Part shown: positions 26,279 through 34,730 of the stretch, piece by piece
Numbering within the stretch: the first letter of the stretch is position 1
Layout of the letters: every line of letters begins with the position of its first letter
Source: Oscillospiraceae bacterium
Lineage (GTDB): Bacteria; Bacillota; Clostridia; Oscillospirales; Oscillospiraceae
Length of the DNA stretch: 64,000 bases
Assembly (NCBI GenBank): GCA_051866775.1
Contig: JBJDXR010000038.1
Location: 175-64,174, forward strand
Direction of reading: 5' to 3'
Program-made: the position numbers and the translations under genes
The notes under the pieces: model-generated
Database searches by the model: none
What the model was told of the DNA's origin: nothing
What the model saw: the letters and a program-made list of their open reading frames with translations, nothing else

Positions 26279-26578
26279 TTATATGAGCATGAGCCACTTG
26301 AGTGCAAGCAGCAGCGCCACTCCGGGAAGCCCGAGTATACCGACCACAGCGGCATTCAGCCAGTTCACTCCTATGGTAACTCCGATGGAAGCTCCGAATT
26401 TATTTATCAGTATCAGCGCCGCAAAGCCCAGAGCGGTATTTATAAGCAGCTTGACCACAAGCTTTAAGGGCTTTGTGAAAAGCAGCACCGCCAGAACAAC
26501 AAGCACCACGGTTATTATTCCCGGCGCTATGCCAATTTCAGCCGACACTGTCTCCATTACATTTTCAACGGTATCCAT
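26279..26578 (-). CDS. bofA: BofA-family pro-sigma-K processing inhibitor
   Basis: The ATG at 26578 has an AGGAGG RBS, and the track's 5' extension is unsupported. Small 2-3 TM protein ending GVNWLNAAVVGILGLPGVALLLALKWL, typical of BofA. Confidence 0.7.
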   Translation of the reverse strand: MDTVENVMETVSAEIGIAPGIITVVLVVLAVLLFTKPLKLVVKLLINTALGFAALILINKFGASIGVTIGVNWLNAAVVGILGLPGVALLLALKWLMLI

Positions 26579-26608
26579 ATTATGCCTCCTTGTAAGCCTT
26601 AGGGGTAT

Positions 26609-26637
26609 ATTATATACTGTATTCCAATGAGATACAA
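26609..26637 (-). promoter_or_regulatory. Sigma-A-type promoter upstream of bofA (TTGTAT-N17-TATAAT)
   Basis: Reverse complement has TTGTAT at 26637-26632 and TATAAT at 26614-26609. Confidence 0.4.
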
Positions 26638-26721
26638 AATATTTATTTGTCAGCAGCCTGTCTGCAAATACTAAGCCGCAAGAGGAAAAACACAAGGGCC
26701 TCGGCGCACACTATAGCTCAC

Positions 26722-27486
26722 TCATATCTCCCGGTCTTTTAACGCTTTTCCTCTTATTCGTACATAATCGGCACACCATGCGCCCTCTCGGTAAAGCTCA
26801 CCCTTCAGTGACTGCACCGCAGTGTGTATCATCTCATCTTTTTCAGCGCTGCCTATGCCCTCGAAGGGGCTCCTTACGAACATCCTTATCCAGTCCTCAA
26901 GCCCGTTCTCTCCGCTGAGCCTGGTGGGCCGGTCAAACAACGTCATAAACGTAACCTTAAAGCCCGACTGCTCCAGCAGCCCGGCATACTCCCCGATAGT
27001 CGGGAAGTAAAAAGGCATCACATATCTATATCCGCGTTTTTCGAAGGCCTCAGAAAGCGCTGAGTGTATAAGCACGTTGTTTCCATAGCCTCCGAACTCA
27101 AAAACCAACTGCCCGCCATGCTTGAGCTGCCTGTTTATACAGTTCAGCATCGGCCGCTGCTTTTTTTCGTCTATCCAGTGGAACACGGCGTTTGAAAACA
27201 CCGCGTCTACACGCTCCCCAAGCTCAAAGTCCGTGGCATCCGCCTTCACGAATTGCAGTTCAGGATAGTTCTTTCGCGCAATCTCCAGCAGCTCAGCGGA
27301 ATCATCCAAGCCGACAGCCCTCCCACAAAGCTCCGAGAGCTTTTTTGTCAACGCGCCGTTGCCGCATCCAAGATCAAGAACCGTCATATCCTGCTCAATG
27401 TTCAGCAGCTCCATAACGCTGCCGCCAAACTGATGGACAAAGGAAAAATCCTTTGTATACTTTTCTGCATCCCATTTTATATTCAT
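26722..27486 (-). CDS. Class I SAM-dependent methyltransferase (trans-aconitate methyltransferase-like)
   Basis: Start moved to the ATG at 27486 (MNIKWDAEKYTKDFSFVHQFG). VLDLGCGNG SAM motif. The track's 96-codon N-terminal extension runs through a terminator and a tRNA fragment. Confidence 0.85.
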   Translation of the reverse strand: MNIKWDAEKYTKDFSFVHQFGGSVMELLNIEQDMTVLDLGCGNGALTKKLSELCGRAVGLDDSAELLEIARKNYPELQFVKADATDFELGERVDAVFSNAVFHWIDEKKQRPMLNCINRQLKHGGQLVFEFGGYGNNVLIHSALSEAFEKRGYRYVMPFYFPTIGEYAGLLEQSGFKVTFMTLFDRPTRLSGENGLEDWIRMFVRSPFEGIGSAEKDEMIHTAVQSLKGELYREGAWCADYVRIRGKALKDREI

Positions 27487-27643
27487 TGCATCACCGCCTG
27501 TTCTTTGTATTATAGCATATCGCATATGCAGATTTCCACAGTATTGTGAGCTTACGGTATCTCTTACAGAGAATCCTTGGAGCGCCGTCTGCCCTGCATC
27601 ATTAAACAAAAGTGAAGCTTGCGGCATCACACCGCATAAAAAA

Positions 27644-27714
27644 CAAATAAAAAAGCCGAAGCTGTTGCTTCGACCTTTTTGTTTATGGAGCGGCTTACGA
27701 GGCTCGAACCCGCT
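27644..27714 (-). repeat. Partial duplicate of the tRNA-Gly(GCC) 3' end plus its terminator
   Basis: Matches 27798-27869 apart from one extra A and one C/T difference. It contains CCA, the acceptor 3' strand, the complete T arm (27687-27714) and the downstream terminator hairpin (27649-27675). There is no 5' half. Confidence 0.85.
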
Positions 27715-27718
27715 TTTT

Positions 27719-27740
27719 CCCATGCGGCCGGCCGCATGGG
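27719..27740. repeat. 22-bp perfect palindrome CCCATGCGGCCGGCCGCATGGG
   Basis: Read directly from the sequence. It lies between the two tRNA-3'-end copies and next to an inverted 18-nt tRNA-Gly fragment at 27775-27792 (17 of 18 identical). Confidence 0.9.
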
Positions 27741-27802
27741 GCCCCACCTCCTTTATTAAACGTGCCTTCGGCACAGGTGGAGGCAGCGAGTTTTTCTCAA
27801 AT

Positions 27803-27830
27803 AAAAAAAGCCGAAGCTGTTGCTTCGACC
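27803..27830 (-). terminator. Intrinsic terminator after tRNA-Gly(GCC)
   Basis: Minus strand reads GUCGAAGC-AACA-GCUUCGGC followed by U7. Confidence 0.8.
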
Positions 27831-27840
27831 TTTTTGTTTA

Positions 27841-27916
27841 TGGAGCGGCTTACGAGGCTCGAACTCGCTACCTCCACCTTGGCAAGGTGGCGCTCTACCA
27901 GATGAGCTAAAGCCGC
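27841..27916 (-). tRNA. tRNA-Gly (anticodon GCC), CCA encoded
   Basis: Reverse complement GCGGCTTTAGCTCATCTGGTAGAGCGCCACCTTGCCAAGGTGGAGGTAGCGAGTTCGAGCCTCGTAAGCCGCTCCA. Acceptor GCGGCTT/AAGCCGC, D stem GCTC/GAGC, anticodon stem CCACC/GGTGG, loop TTGCCAA. Confidence 0.95.
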
Positions 27917-27935
27917 ATTTTCTTGAGCGGGATTT

Positions 27936-27964
27936 ATTATAATCATTTTCCCGGCAAATGTCAA
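27936..27964 (-). promoter_or_regulatory. Perfect consensus sigma-A promoter for tRNA-Gly(GCC) (TTGACA-N17-TATAAT)
   Basis: Reverse complement has TTGACA at 27964-27959, a 17-nt spacer, and TATAAT at 27941-27936. The -10 ends about 19 nt before the tRNA 5' end. Confidence 0.75.
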
Positions 27965-27967
27965 TGA

Positions 27968-28003
27968 AAAAATGCGGAATTTTTCGAAAAATTCCGCATT
28001 TTT
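27968..28003. terminator. 36-bp perfect palindrome acting as terminator of the lipoprotein gene
   Basis: AAAAATGCGGAATTTTTC|GAAAAATTCCGCATTTTT directly after the stop at 28007, with U tracts on both strands. Confidence 0.75.
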
Positions 28004-28006
28004 CTC

Positions 28007-29320
28007 TTATTCTCCGGCATCCCCCGCTGGGTTCTCAGGCTCACCTGTCCCATCCGGAGAAGTCACCGCAGGCTCTTCCGGCGGAACCTCGCCCTCGGAA
28101 GTTCCCTCCGTCCCTGACGGCTCTCCCTGTGACGCATGGGCCACCCCATCTCCTTCGATGCTTGCCGGGAGCGTATTCTCTTCCACAAACTCAGTACCGG
28201 CGCACTCTGGGTATGACATCGGATCCCACCAGTATTCCTCCTGCATCTGGCTGTCGTTAAAGAACAGCCCGCTCTCCGCGTCAAAACGCGAGCTGTCAAC
28301 ATGGTAATACTCGCCGCTTTCAAGCTTCACAAGATTCCAGGCGTGGTTTATATTATTCAGTCTCCCGCGTATGACCACACACTCTATTCCAAGCTCATTG
28401 CACAGCAGCTTCATCGCCATGGCGTAGCCTTCACCGACAGCCTTTCCAAGGATGATCGCGCCATACGCCGTGAAGGAGTTATACCAGCGGCTGTAGTTAT
28501 CTGAATTTGCCCGCGCCTCGTCATATACGACATTGCCGCCAAGATAGGAGCAAAGTGACGCCACCTTCTCCTGTACCGTCTCCCCCTCTATCGACTGCGC
28601 TATTCTTTCAGCTTCCGCTATAAGCTCATCCCGGCGCTTTCCCGCCGTGTTGTCTGTATACGGGAAAGACAGGTTTATCTCAAGTATACCCCGGTAGCTG
28701 TTCTCCGGGTAATAGCTTACGGAGTACTTCGGATAATACAGCACCAGATCCGGATTCCCGTAATATACGCTGTCAATGGTGCTTTCGAGCATCTCCTCCG
28801 TTATTTGATTTTGTTCAAGGAGGAATGCCGCCGTTGTTGTTCTCTGGGCAAGGATATCCTTTATATACTCGTATATGTCATCCGTGCCGGCAAGCTCAAT
28901 GATCTGGCTGATCTCCTCCTGAGTCTTCTTGTAAATGACCGTGATCTCCGCCTCATAGTAGGATACTATCTTATTAAGGCTGTAGTTAATGTAATACACA
29001 GCGTATGCGCCGAGAGGCGTCTCGCTTGACACAGCCAGGCATATCTCAGCAAGGTCGCTGTCAATATCGCCGTTATAGGTATCGAACCTGACGGTGCCGT
29101 GCTCTATCCCCGCCTCAACAAAGGACCGGATCGCCTCATAAAGCCCGGTATAGGTGGAGACCTCCGCGGACATCTCAGCCTCCTGTGAGCTTAGCGGGGT
29201 GCTCGATGTGTGCTTTGATGAATCGGAATACTCACCCTCGATCAGCGCGGAACAGCCCGTGGTAAAAAGCAATACTGCACACAGCAGAAGCAAAACAGTT
29301 TTTTTGAGCAAAGAAATCAC
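28007..29320 (-). CDS. Lipoprotein with a transglutaminase-like (papain-fold) domain and a P/E/G/T-rich C-terminal tail
   Basis: Lipobox LLFTTGC. The core reads GKAVGEGYAMAMKLLCNELGIECVVIRG...NHAWNLVKLESGEYYHVD, which is the transglutaminase-core pattern with Gly where the nucleophile Cys is expected. Confidence 0.7.
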   Translation of the reverse strand: MISLLKKTVLLLLCAVLLFTTGCSALIEGEYSDSSKHTSSTPLSSQEAEMSAEVSTYTGLYEAIRSFVEAGIEHGTVRFDTYNGDIDSDLAEICLAVSSETPLGAYAVYYINYSLNKIVSYYEAEITVIYKKTQEEISQIIELAGTDDIYEYIKDILAQRTTTAAFLLEQNQITEEMLESTIDSVYYGNPDLVLYYPKYSVSYYPENSYRGILEINLSFPYTDNTAGKRRDELIAEAERIAQSIEGETVQEKVASLCSYLGGNVVYDEARANSDNYSRWYNSFTAYGAIILGKAVGEGYAMAMKLLCNELGIECVVIRGRLNNINHAWNLVKLESGEYYHVDSSRFDAESGLFFNDSQMQEEYWWDPMSYPECAGTEFVEENTLPASIEGDGVAHASQGEPSGTEGTSEGEVPPEEPAVTSPDGTGEPENPAGDAGE

Positions 29321-29337
29321 CGCCTTTCAAACAGGCA

Positions 29338-31584
29338 CTAGTCGAGCAGGCTGATCTGCTGCTCCTCCCTGTCCTCGTCGTGTACCAGTGCGCCGGCAGC
29401 AGGGATGTTGCGCACGCGGTACCTGGGAACATTCTTGATCTGCGTGTCCTCAACCGGCTGCACTTCCGAAACGACCCGGTTTTTCTTCAGCGTCATCACT
29501 GCTACTCCCTGTGAGGATTTCGTGGTCTTCGGCGCCATAAGCGCGGTGGAAAACACCATCGCCCTGCCGTCGGAGGAGTAAGCCGCTATCTCAACATCTT
29601 CACTGAGCGGCATTATGCGCACAAGCGGGCTTTTATCAGAATAAGCGCCTGTCAGCTTGCGCCGGTTGGTCTTGGTCTCAAAGCCGGACAGCGCTATCCT
29701 GGCGGCCTTGCCGTTTTCAAAGAAGAATATCACACTGCCTGAGTAATCTCCGGGATCCATAACAAATATCGCGTTCTCGCCCTCGTCCATCTTGAGGGCA
29801 GCGGGAAGATACGTTCCCAGAGCAGAAGCCTTCGTATCCGGGAAATCATAAAGATGCGCCTTATAGCACTGGTACCTATCGGTGAACACCAAAAGTCCCG
29901 CGTTGTTTGACGCCTCAAATGAAGTTAGGAGGCCGTCCCCCTCTTTAAATTTCTGCTCACCCGACATCCTGAGTGACAGCGGCGTTATCTTCTTAAGATA
30001 TCCTTCTCTTGAGAAAAACACCGTGACCGGGTAGTCCTCCTGCGCCTCTTCCTCCTCCGGTTCCTCAATGTCCTCAGAATAAACTATCGTCGTTCTCCTC
30101 GGCTCGCCATATTTCTTTATGACGGTCTCAAGCTCCGTCTTGATAATCTTTTTTATTCGCTTTTTGTTTGCTAGAGTGTCCTCGAGGTCCGCGATTTCCG
30201 CCTCAAGCTTATCTATGTCCTGAAGGCGCTTTAAAATGTACTCCTTATTTATATTGCGCAGCTTGATCTCAGCCACAAATTCAGCCTGTATTTCGTCTAT
30301 GCCGAAGCCTATCATAAGGTTCGGTATGACCTCCGCCTCCTCCTCAGTCTCGCGGATTATCTTTATAGCCTTATCAATATCAAGCAGTATTTTGCCAAGG
30401 CCCTTGAGAAGGTGCAGCCTGTCCTTTTTCTTCTGAAGGTCACAGAACACCCTGCGGCGTATGGATTCCATCCGCCACGCCGTCCACTCGGAAAGTATCT
30501 CCCTGATACCCATGACCTTGGGCGTTCCCGCGACGAGTATATTGAAGTTGCAGGAGAAGGAATCCTGAAGGGGCGTCGTCTTAAAGAGCTTTGCCATCAG
30601 CTTTTCCGGGTCTGTACCGCGCTTTAGATCAATGGTCAGCTTAAGGCCCGACAGGTCCGTCTCATCGCGCATATCGGATATCTCCCGCACCTTGCCGGTC
30701 TTTACCATGTCCGCCACCTTATCCATTATGGCCTCAGCTGTGGTGGTGTAGGGTATCTCATATATCTCGATGAGGTTCTCCTTTTTGTCATAGCGCCATT
30801 TTGCCCGCAGCTTTATTCCGCCGCGTCCGGTCTCATACACCTCCCGCAGTGCGGCGGCGTCATACACCAGCTCCCCTCCGGTGGAGAAATCCGGTGCCGT
30901 CAGCGTGCTCATTATATCGCACTCAGGGTCATTGAGATACGCTATCTCCGTGCGGCACACTTCCTCAAGGTTAAACGAGCATATATTGGAAGCCATACCA
31001 ACGGCGATGCCCATATTCGCGCTTACCAGCACATTTGGGAATGTGGTCGGCAGCAGCGTCGGCTCCTTCATAGTGGAGTCGTAATTATCCATAAAATCAA
31101 CTGTATCGCTGTCGATATCCCTAAACAGCTCCGCGCAGATCGGCGCCAGCTTTGCCTCAGTATAGCGGCTTGCGGCGTAGGACATATCCCGGGAATAGAC
31201 CTTTCCGAAGTTTCCCTTGGAGTCCACAAAGGGCGCAATAAGCGCCGCATACCCCTTGGACAGGCGAACCATCGTCTCATAAATAGCGGCATCTCCGTGG
31301 GGGTTAAGGCGCATGGTCTGCCCGACTATATTGGCAGACTTCGTCCTCCCGCCCGTCAGAAGTCCCATCTTATACATCGTATACAGAAGCTTTCTGTGGG
31401 CCGGCTTAAAGCCGTCTATCTCAGGTATTGCTCTGGAAACAATGACGCTCATGGCGTAGGGCATATAGTTGATTTCCAGTGTGTCCGTTATGGGCTGGTT
31501 CAGCACCTCCGCGTGCAGCCCCACCACATTTGGATTTGGATTTATTCTTTTCGGCGTGTTCTCACCGGAATTTTTTCTGGGCAT
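29338..31584 (-). CDS. parC: Type IIA DNA topoisomerase subunit A (ParC/GrlA-like)
   Basis: INYMPYAMSVIVSRAIPEIDGFKPAHRKLLYTMY and the catalytic-Tyr region YAASRYTEAKL are present. No QRRGGKG-type GyrA box at the start of the C-terminal domain. Confidence 0.85.
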   Translation of the reverse strand: MPRKNSGENTPKRINPNPNVVGLHAEVLNQPITDTLEINYMPYAMSVIVSRAIPEIDGFKPAHRKLLYTMYKMGLLTGGRTKSANIVGQTMRLNPHGDAAIYETMVRLSKGYAALIAPFVDSKGNFGKVYSRDMSYAASRYTEAKLAPICAELFRDIDSDTVDFMDNYDSTMKEPTLLPTTFPNVLVSANMGIAVGMASNICSFNLEEVCRTEIAYLNDPECDIMSTLTAPDFSTGGELVYDAAALREVYETGRGGIKLRAKWRYDKKENLIEIYEIPYTTTAEAIMDKVADMVKTGKVREISDMRDETDLSGLKLTIDLKRGTDPEKLMAKLFKTTPLQDSFSCNFNILVAGTPKVMGIREILSEWTAWRMESIRRRVFCDLQKKKDRLHLLKGLGKILLDIDKAIKIIRETEEEAEVIPNLMIGFGIDEIQAEFVAEIKLRNINKEYILKRLQDIDKLEAEIADLEDTLANKKRIKKIIKTELETVIKKYGEPRRTTIVYSEDIEEPEEEEAQEDYPVTVFFSREGYLKKITPLSLRMSGEQKFKEGDGLLTSFEASNNAGLLVFTDRYQCYKAHLYDFPDTKASALGTYLPAALKMDEGENAIFVMDPGDYSGSVIFFFENGKAARIALSGFETKTNRRKLTGAYSDKSPLVRIMPLSEDVEIAAYSSDGRAMVFSTALMAPKTTKSSQGVAVMTLKKNRVVSEVQPVEDTQIKNVPRYRVRNIPAAGALVHDEDREEQQISLLD

Positions 31585-31607
31585 GACTTCTCCTCTTCAG
31601 GTTATCG

Positions 31608-32486
31608 TTAATCGCTTGGTATCTCCGGGGGCGTGTATCTCTGACCGGTAGGCGTGGCTGCAAGCCCGCCTTTTCCTGTCTCCCGCAGGGCCTGGGGGAG
31701 ACAGGCCCCCACCTCCGCCATGGCCTGTATGACCTCATCAGGCGGGATGCGGCTTTTTATTCCCGCAAGGGCCATCTGGGCGCAGGAGACCGCATTCACC
31801 GCACCGATCACGTTGCGCTTAACGCATGGCACCTCCACAAGCCCGCCCACAGGGTCGCACACAAGCCCTAAAAGTGATTTTAAGGCCAGCGCCGCGGCGT
31901 TGGCACACATATCCGGTGTGCCTCCCTGCAAATTCGTAAGCGCAGCAGCGGCCATTGCCGAGGCCGAGCCTATCTCAGCCTGACAGCCGCCCTCCGCTCC
32001 GGATATAGACGCCGTCCCCGCAATGACGGAGCCGATCCCCGCGGCGACGTAAAGAGCCTCTATAAGCATCTCATCGGAACACCCAAGCCTCCTTTGCGAC
32101 GGCAGCAGCACTGCCGGGAGCACCCCGCAGGCCCCCGCCGTGGGTGCGGCGGCTATACGCTTCATACAGGAGTTACACTCGCCCATTCTCAGCGCCCCGG
32201 CTATCACCTGCGCCATAAAATCACCGCAAATTACATCACCTTTTGCGGAAAATGCGGCCATAAGGCCGGCATCCCCGCCGGAAAGACCGCTTGCGGAGCG
32301 GTCCTTCGGATTATATGACCTGTCCGCCTCCTTCATAACGGCAAGTACGGCCGACATCTTATTCCACGAATTCTGCTCGGATATCCCCTCTCCGCGGCAG
32401 TCGTCGATCTGAACGGCCTTCCAAAGGGGAAGGCTCTCCTCCTCTGCAAAGCTAAGCAGTGAGGATATAGATTCAAATTCACTCAT
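31608..32486 (-). CDS. sdaAA: L-serine ammonia-lyase (iron-sulfur type), alpha subunit
   Basis: 292 aa. SASGLSGGDAG and the GACGVLPAV...GGCQAEIGSASAMAAA blocks are typical of SdaAA. The start overlaps the sdaAB stop by 4 nt. Confidence 0.9.
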   Translation of the reverse strand: MSEFESISSLLSFAEEESLPLWKAVQIDDCRGEGISEQNSWNKMSAVLAVMKEADRSYNPKDRSASGLSGGDAGLMAAFSAKGDVICGDFMAQVIAGALRMGECNSCMKRIAAAPTAGACGVLPAVLLPSQRRLGCSDEMLIEALYVAAGIGSVIAGTASISGAEGGCQAEIGSASAMAAAALTNLQGGTPDMCANAAALALKSLLGLVCDPVGGLVEVPCVKRNVIGAVNAVSCAQMALAGIKSRIPPDEVIQAMAEVGACLPQALRETGKGGLAATPTGQRYTPPEIPSD

Positions 32487-33154
32487 AGCAGTGCCTCCTC
32501 CGGAGCTATGCGGGTCACCTTATATATCCCCTCCAGGCCCCTAAGCTCCGTCATAAGCTCCTTAGGTATCGGCTGGTCACACTCAATGACCATAAGCGCT
32601 CTTCCGCCGCGGGTATCCCTCTCAAGGCGCAGCGACGCCACATTAAGGCCATGCGATGCTATCGCGCCGGATATTCTGCTCACAAACCCGGGCCTGTCGG
32701 CATTGTGAACTATAAGCGTGGGCATTGTCCCGGTAAAATCCACCTTAAGCCCGTCAAGTTCAAAAACATTTATGCGTCCTCCGCCCAACGAGGAGGCTCC
32801 CACGCTCACTCTTCCTCCGGACAGTCCGCGCGCCTCGATAACAGCGCTGTTTGGGTGGACATTTTTAAGCCTGCACACTCCAAAGCTGAATGTAAATCCC
32901 GCCTCCCGCGCTATGCTGAAGCTCTCCGGGATCCGCAGGTCGTCCGGATTCATTCCCAGAAGCCCTGCAATTATCGCCTGATGTGTGCCGTGCCCCGCCC
33001 CGGTGGAGGCAAAGGAGCCGTGAAGCAGGATCCTTGCCGACGCGGGCACATCCCCCAAAAGCCTTCTGGTGATCTGCCCTATTCTCACCGCCCCGGCGGT
33101 GTGGGAGCTGGACGGTCCCACCATTATCGGTCCCATAATATCAAAAATATTCAT
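32483..33154 (-). CDS. sdaAB: L-serine ammonia-lyase (iron-sulfur type), beta subunit
   Basis: MNIFDIMGPIMVGPSSSHTAGAVRIG start (ATG at 33154) and a C-terminal ACT-like domain. Confidence 0.9.
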   Translation of the reverse strand: MNIFDIMGPIMVGPSSSHTAGAVRIGQITRRLLGDVPASARILLHGSFASTGAGHGTHQAIIAGLLGMNPDDLRIPESFSIAREAGFTFSFGVCRLKNVHPNSAVIEARGLSGGRVSVGASSLGGGRINVFELDGLKVDFTGTMPTLIVHNADRPGFVSRISGAIASHGLNVASLRLERDTRGGRALMVIECDQPIPKELMTELRGLEGIYKVTRIAPEEALL

Positions 33155-33200
33155 AGAACACCCCACAAACCGCGCATACTCTTCGTTCTATTTAAAACCC

Positions 33201-34709
33201 TCAGCTTACGCCTGCATAATCGATTCCATATATATCAGCCACAAGCTCAGGCTGCGGCAGCTCTATTACGTCGGGCACAGCGCTCCGGCTCGACATGCTT
33301 ATATCAAATTCGAGCTTCATGGTATTCTTGATGTGGTACGTCCCCTTTACCGTCAGCTGGGATGCACTTATTGAAAACTCGCACTCGGCGAGGTAGGCGC
33401 TCTGTCCATAATAATAGCCTTCCATATACGCCCTCATGCTTCCGGATACGCTGACTATCTTATTCTCAGAGGTGCGGATATTGAGCTTTACGCCGCCCTC
33501 CACGTCCTCGGCAAGCTCGGCCAGGTCAAGCTCATAGCTGTACCCGCCAGCCGCGGCAGTGAATTTGTCGTCCATGCAATACTCGTAATCCGCAATATAA
33601 TCCGGCAGACTCCGGCAGAACTCAACTGGGCTGTACCCGGCCATCTCACAGATGCTCCCTCCAAGAGTCATCTTATCCTCTGCCGGGCCGCCCAGCAGCT
33701 CCTCAAGCTCATCAAAGATGCTTGTGTCAAACTCGTCTGAGAGCCACGTCTTGCCATCAAGCTCAGCGCCCTCCCGCCCAAGAAGCTCCATGAGAGCCGG
33801 ACACTTTATGAATATTATCCCGCCGTCCATGTCGATTATCAGCTCAGCAGCGGCGCTGCTGAGCGCCTCGATAAGCGATACCGCCAGCGCCTGCTCATCC
33901 TCGTCGTAGAAAAGCTCGCCGGCATACTTAAGTAAAAGCCTCTTAAGAGAGCTTAAGTCCATATTGATCGTGAGCTTTACGCTCTCACCGCCGCTTATCG
34001 CCGTTGCGTCAAAACTCACGGGGTACGTCTCGTCACCGTTTATGGTATCAAACACCGTAAGCTTAAAGCGGGCGCCGGCGTTTTGCCGGAAGGAATCTCC
34101 CGCGAGGGTGTCGGCCTCCATACAGCTGAGCTTGTTTATAACGGTGAAATTCCTGTCGATCTCGGCGGCTATCTCATCGCTCTTGAGCAGCACCGCCGTC
34201 CTGTACAGGTCATCCCAGTACACATCATATCCCAGAGCTTCCGCTGAGAACCGGACCGGCACATAGAGCTTTCCCGCGCTTATGTACGGCGCTGTGTCCA
34301 TAAGCGCCTCCCACGCAATGTCGGCGTTCTCTCCCTCCTTAAAAACGCTGAGCGTGGTGCTGCCCTCATGGAATACCAGCGTGTAAGCTCCCACATAAAG
34401 TGCTGCGGCAGCGCCCTTCTCGGAGTACGTCACCGTTCCGCCTAAATTTTCGGCCAGCGACTCCAAGTCAGCCATGATACGCCCTTCAACTACCGCAGGC
34501 GCGTCCTCAAATATAAAAGCCCCGTCTCTGGTCATTACGTTCACGTCATACACAAGTCCCATCTCCGCCTTGACCTCGTCAAGATAGCAGCTATAGTCCC
34601 ACTGTGTGCAATATAGCTCCTCATCTTCCGGATAGCCGTCAGCCAGCGCCGCCTCCGCCAAGGCAAAGGTGAGCGCAAGCGCCATGATAAGTGCAGTGAG
34701 CTTCTTCAT
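33201..34709 (-). CDS. Secreted protein with a copper-amine-oxidase N-terminal-like (stalk) domain; remainder uncharacterised
   Basis: The ATG at 34709 has a GGAGGGG RBS. Signal peptide MKKLTALIMALALTFALAEAALA. GKLYVPVRFSAEALGYDVYWDD matches the Cu_amine_oxidN1 repeat pattern. Confidence 0.7.
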   Translation of the reverse strand: MKKLTALIMALALTFALAEAALADGYPEDEELYCTQWDYSCYLDEVKAEMGLVYDVNVMTRDGAFIFEDAPAVVEGRIMADLESLAENLGGTVTYSEKGAAAALYVGAYTLVFHEGSTTLSVFKEGENADIAWEALMDTAPYISAGKLYVPVRFSAEALGYDVYWDDLYRTAVLLKSDEIAAEIDRNFTVINKLSCMEADTLAGDSFRQNAGARFKLTVFDTINGDETYPVSFDATAISGGESVKLTINMDLSSLKRLLLKYAGELFYDEDEQALAVSLIEALSSAAAELIIDMDGGIIFIKCPALMELLGREGAELDGKTWLSDEFDTSIFDELEELLGGPAEDKMTLGGSICEMAGYSPVEFCRSLPDYIADYEYCMDDKFTAAAGGYSYELDLAELAEDVEGGVKLNIRTSENKIVSVSGSMRAYMEGYYYGQSAYLAECEFSISASQLTVKGTYHIKNTMKLEFDISMSSRSAVPDVIELPQPELVADIYGIDYAGVS

Positions 34710-34730
34710 ATTAGACCCCTCCATATAAAT

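Noticed and set aside
27487-27774. N-terminal 96-codon extension of track ORF 26722-27774, plus a possible 37-codon small ORF starting at the ATG at 27723 behind an AAAGGAGGTG-like sequence.
   Set aside because: The extension reads through an intrinsic terminator and a tRNA-Gly 3' fragment. The methyltransferase has a proper start at 27486 matching family N-termini. The small ORF is composed of tRNA and terminator sequence and is most likely fortuitous.
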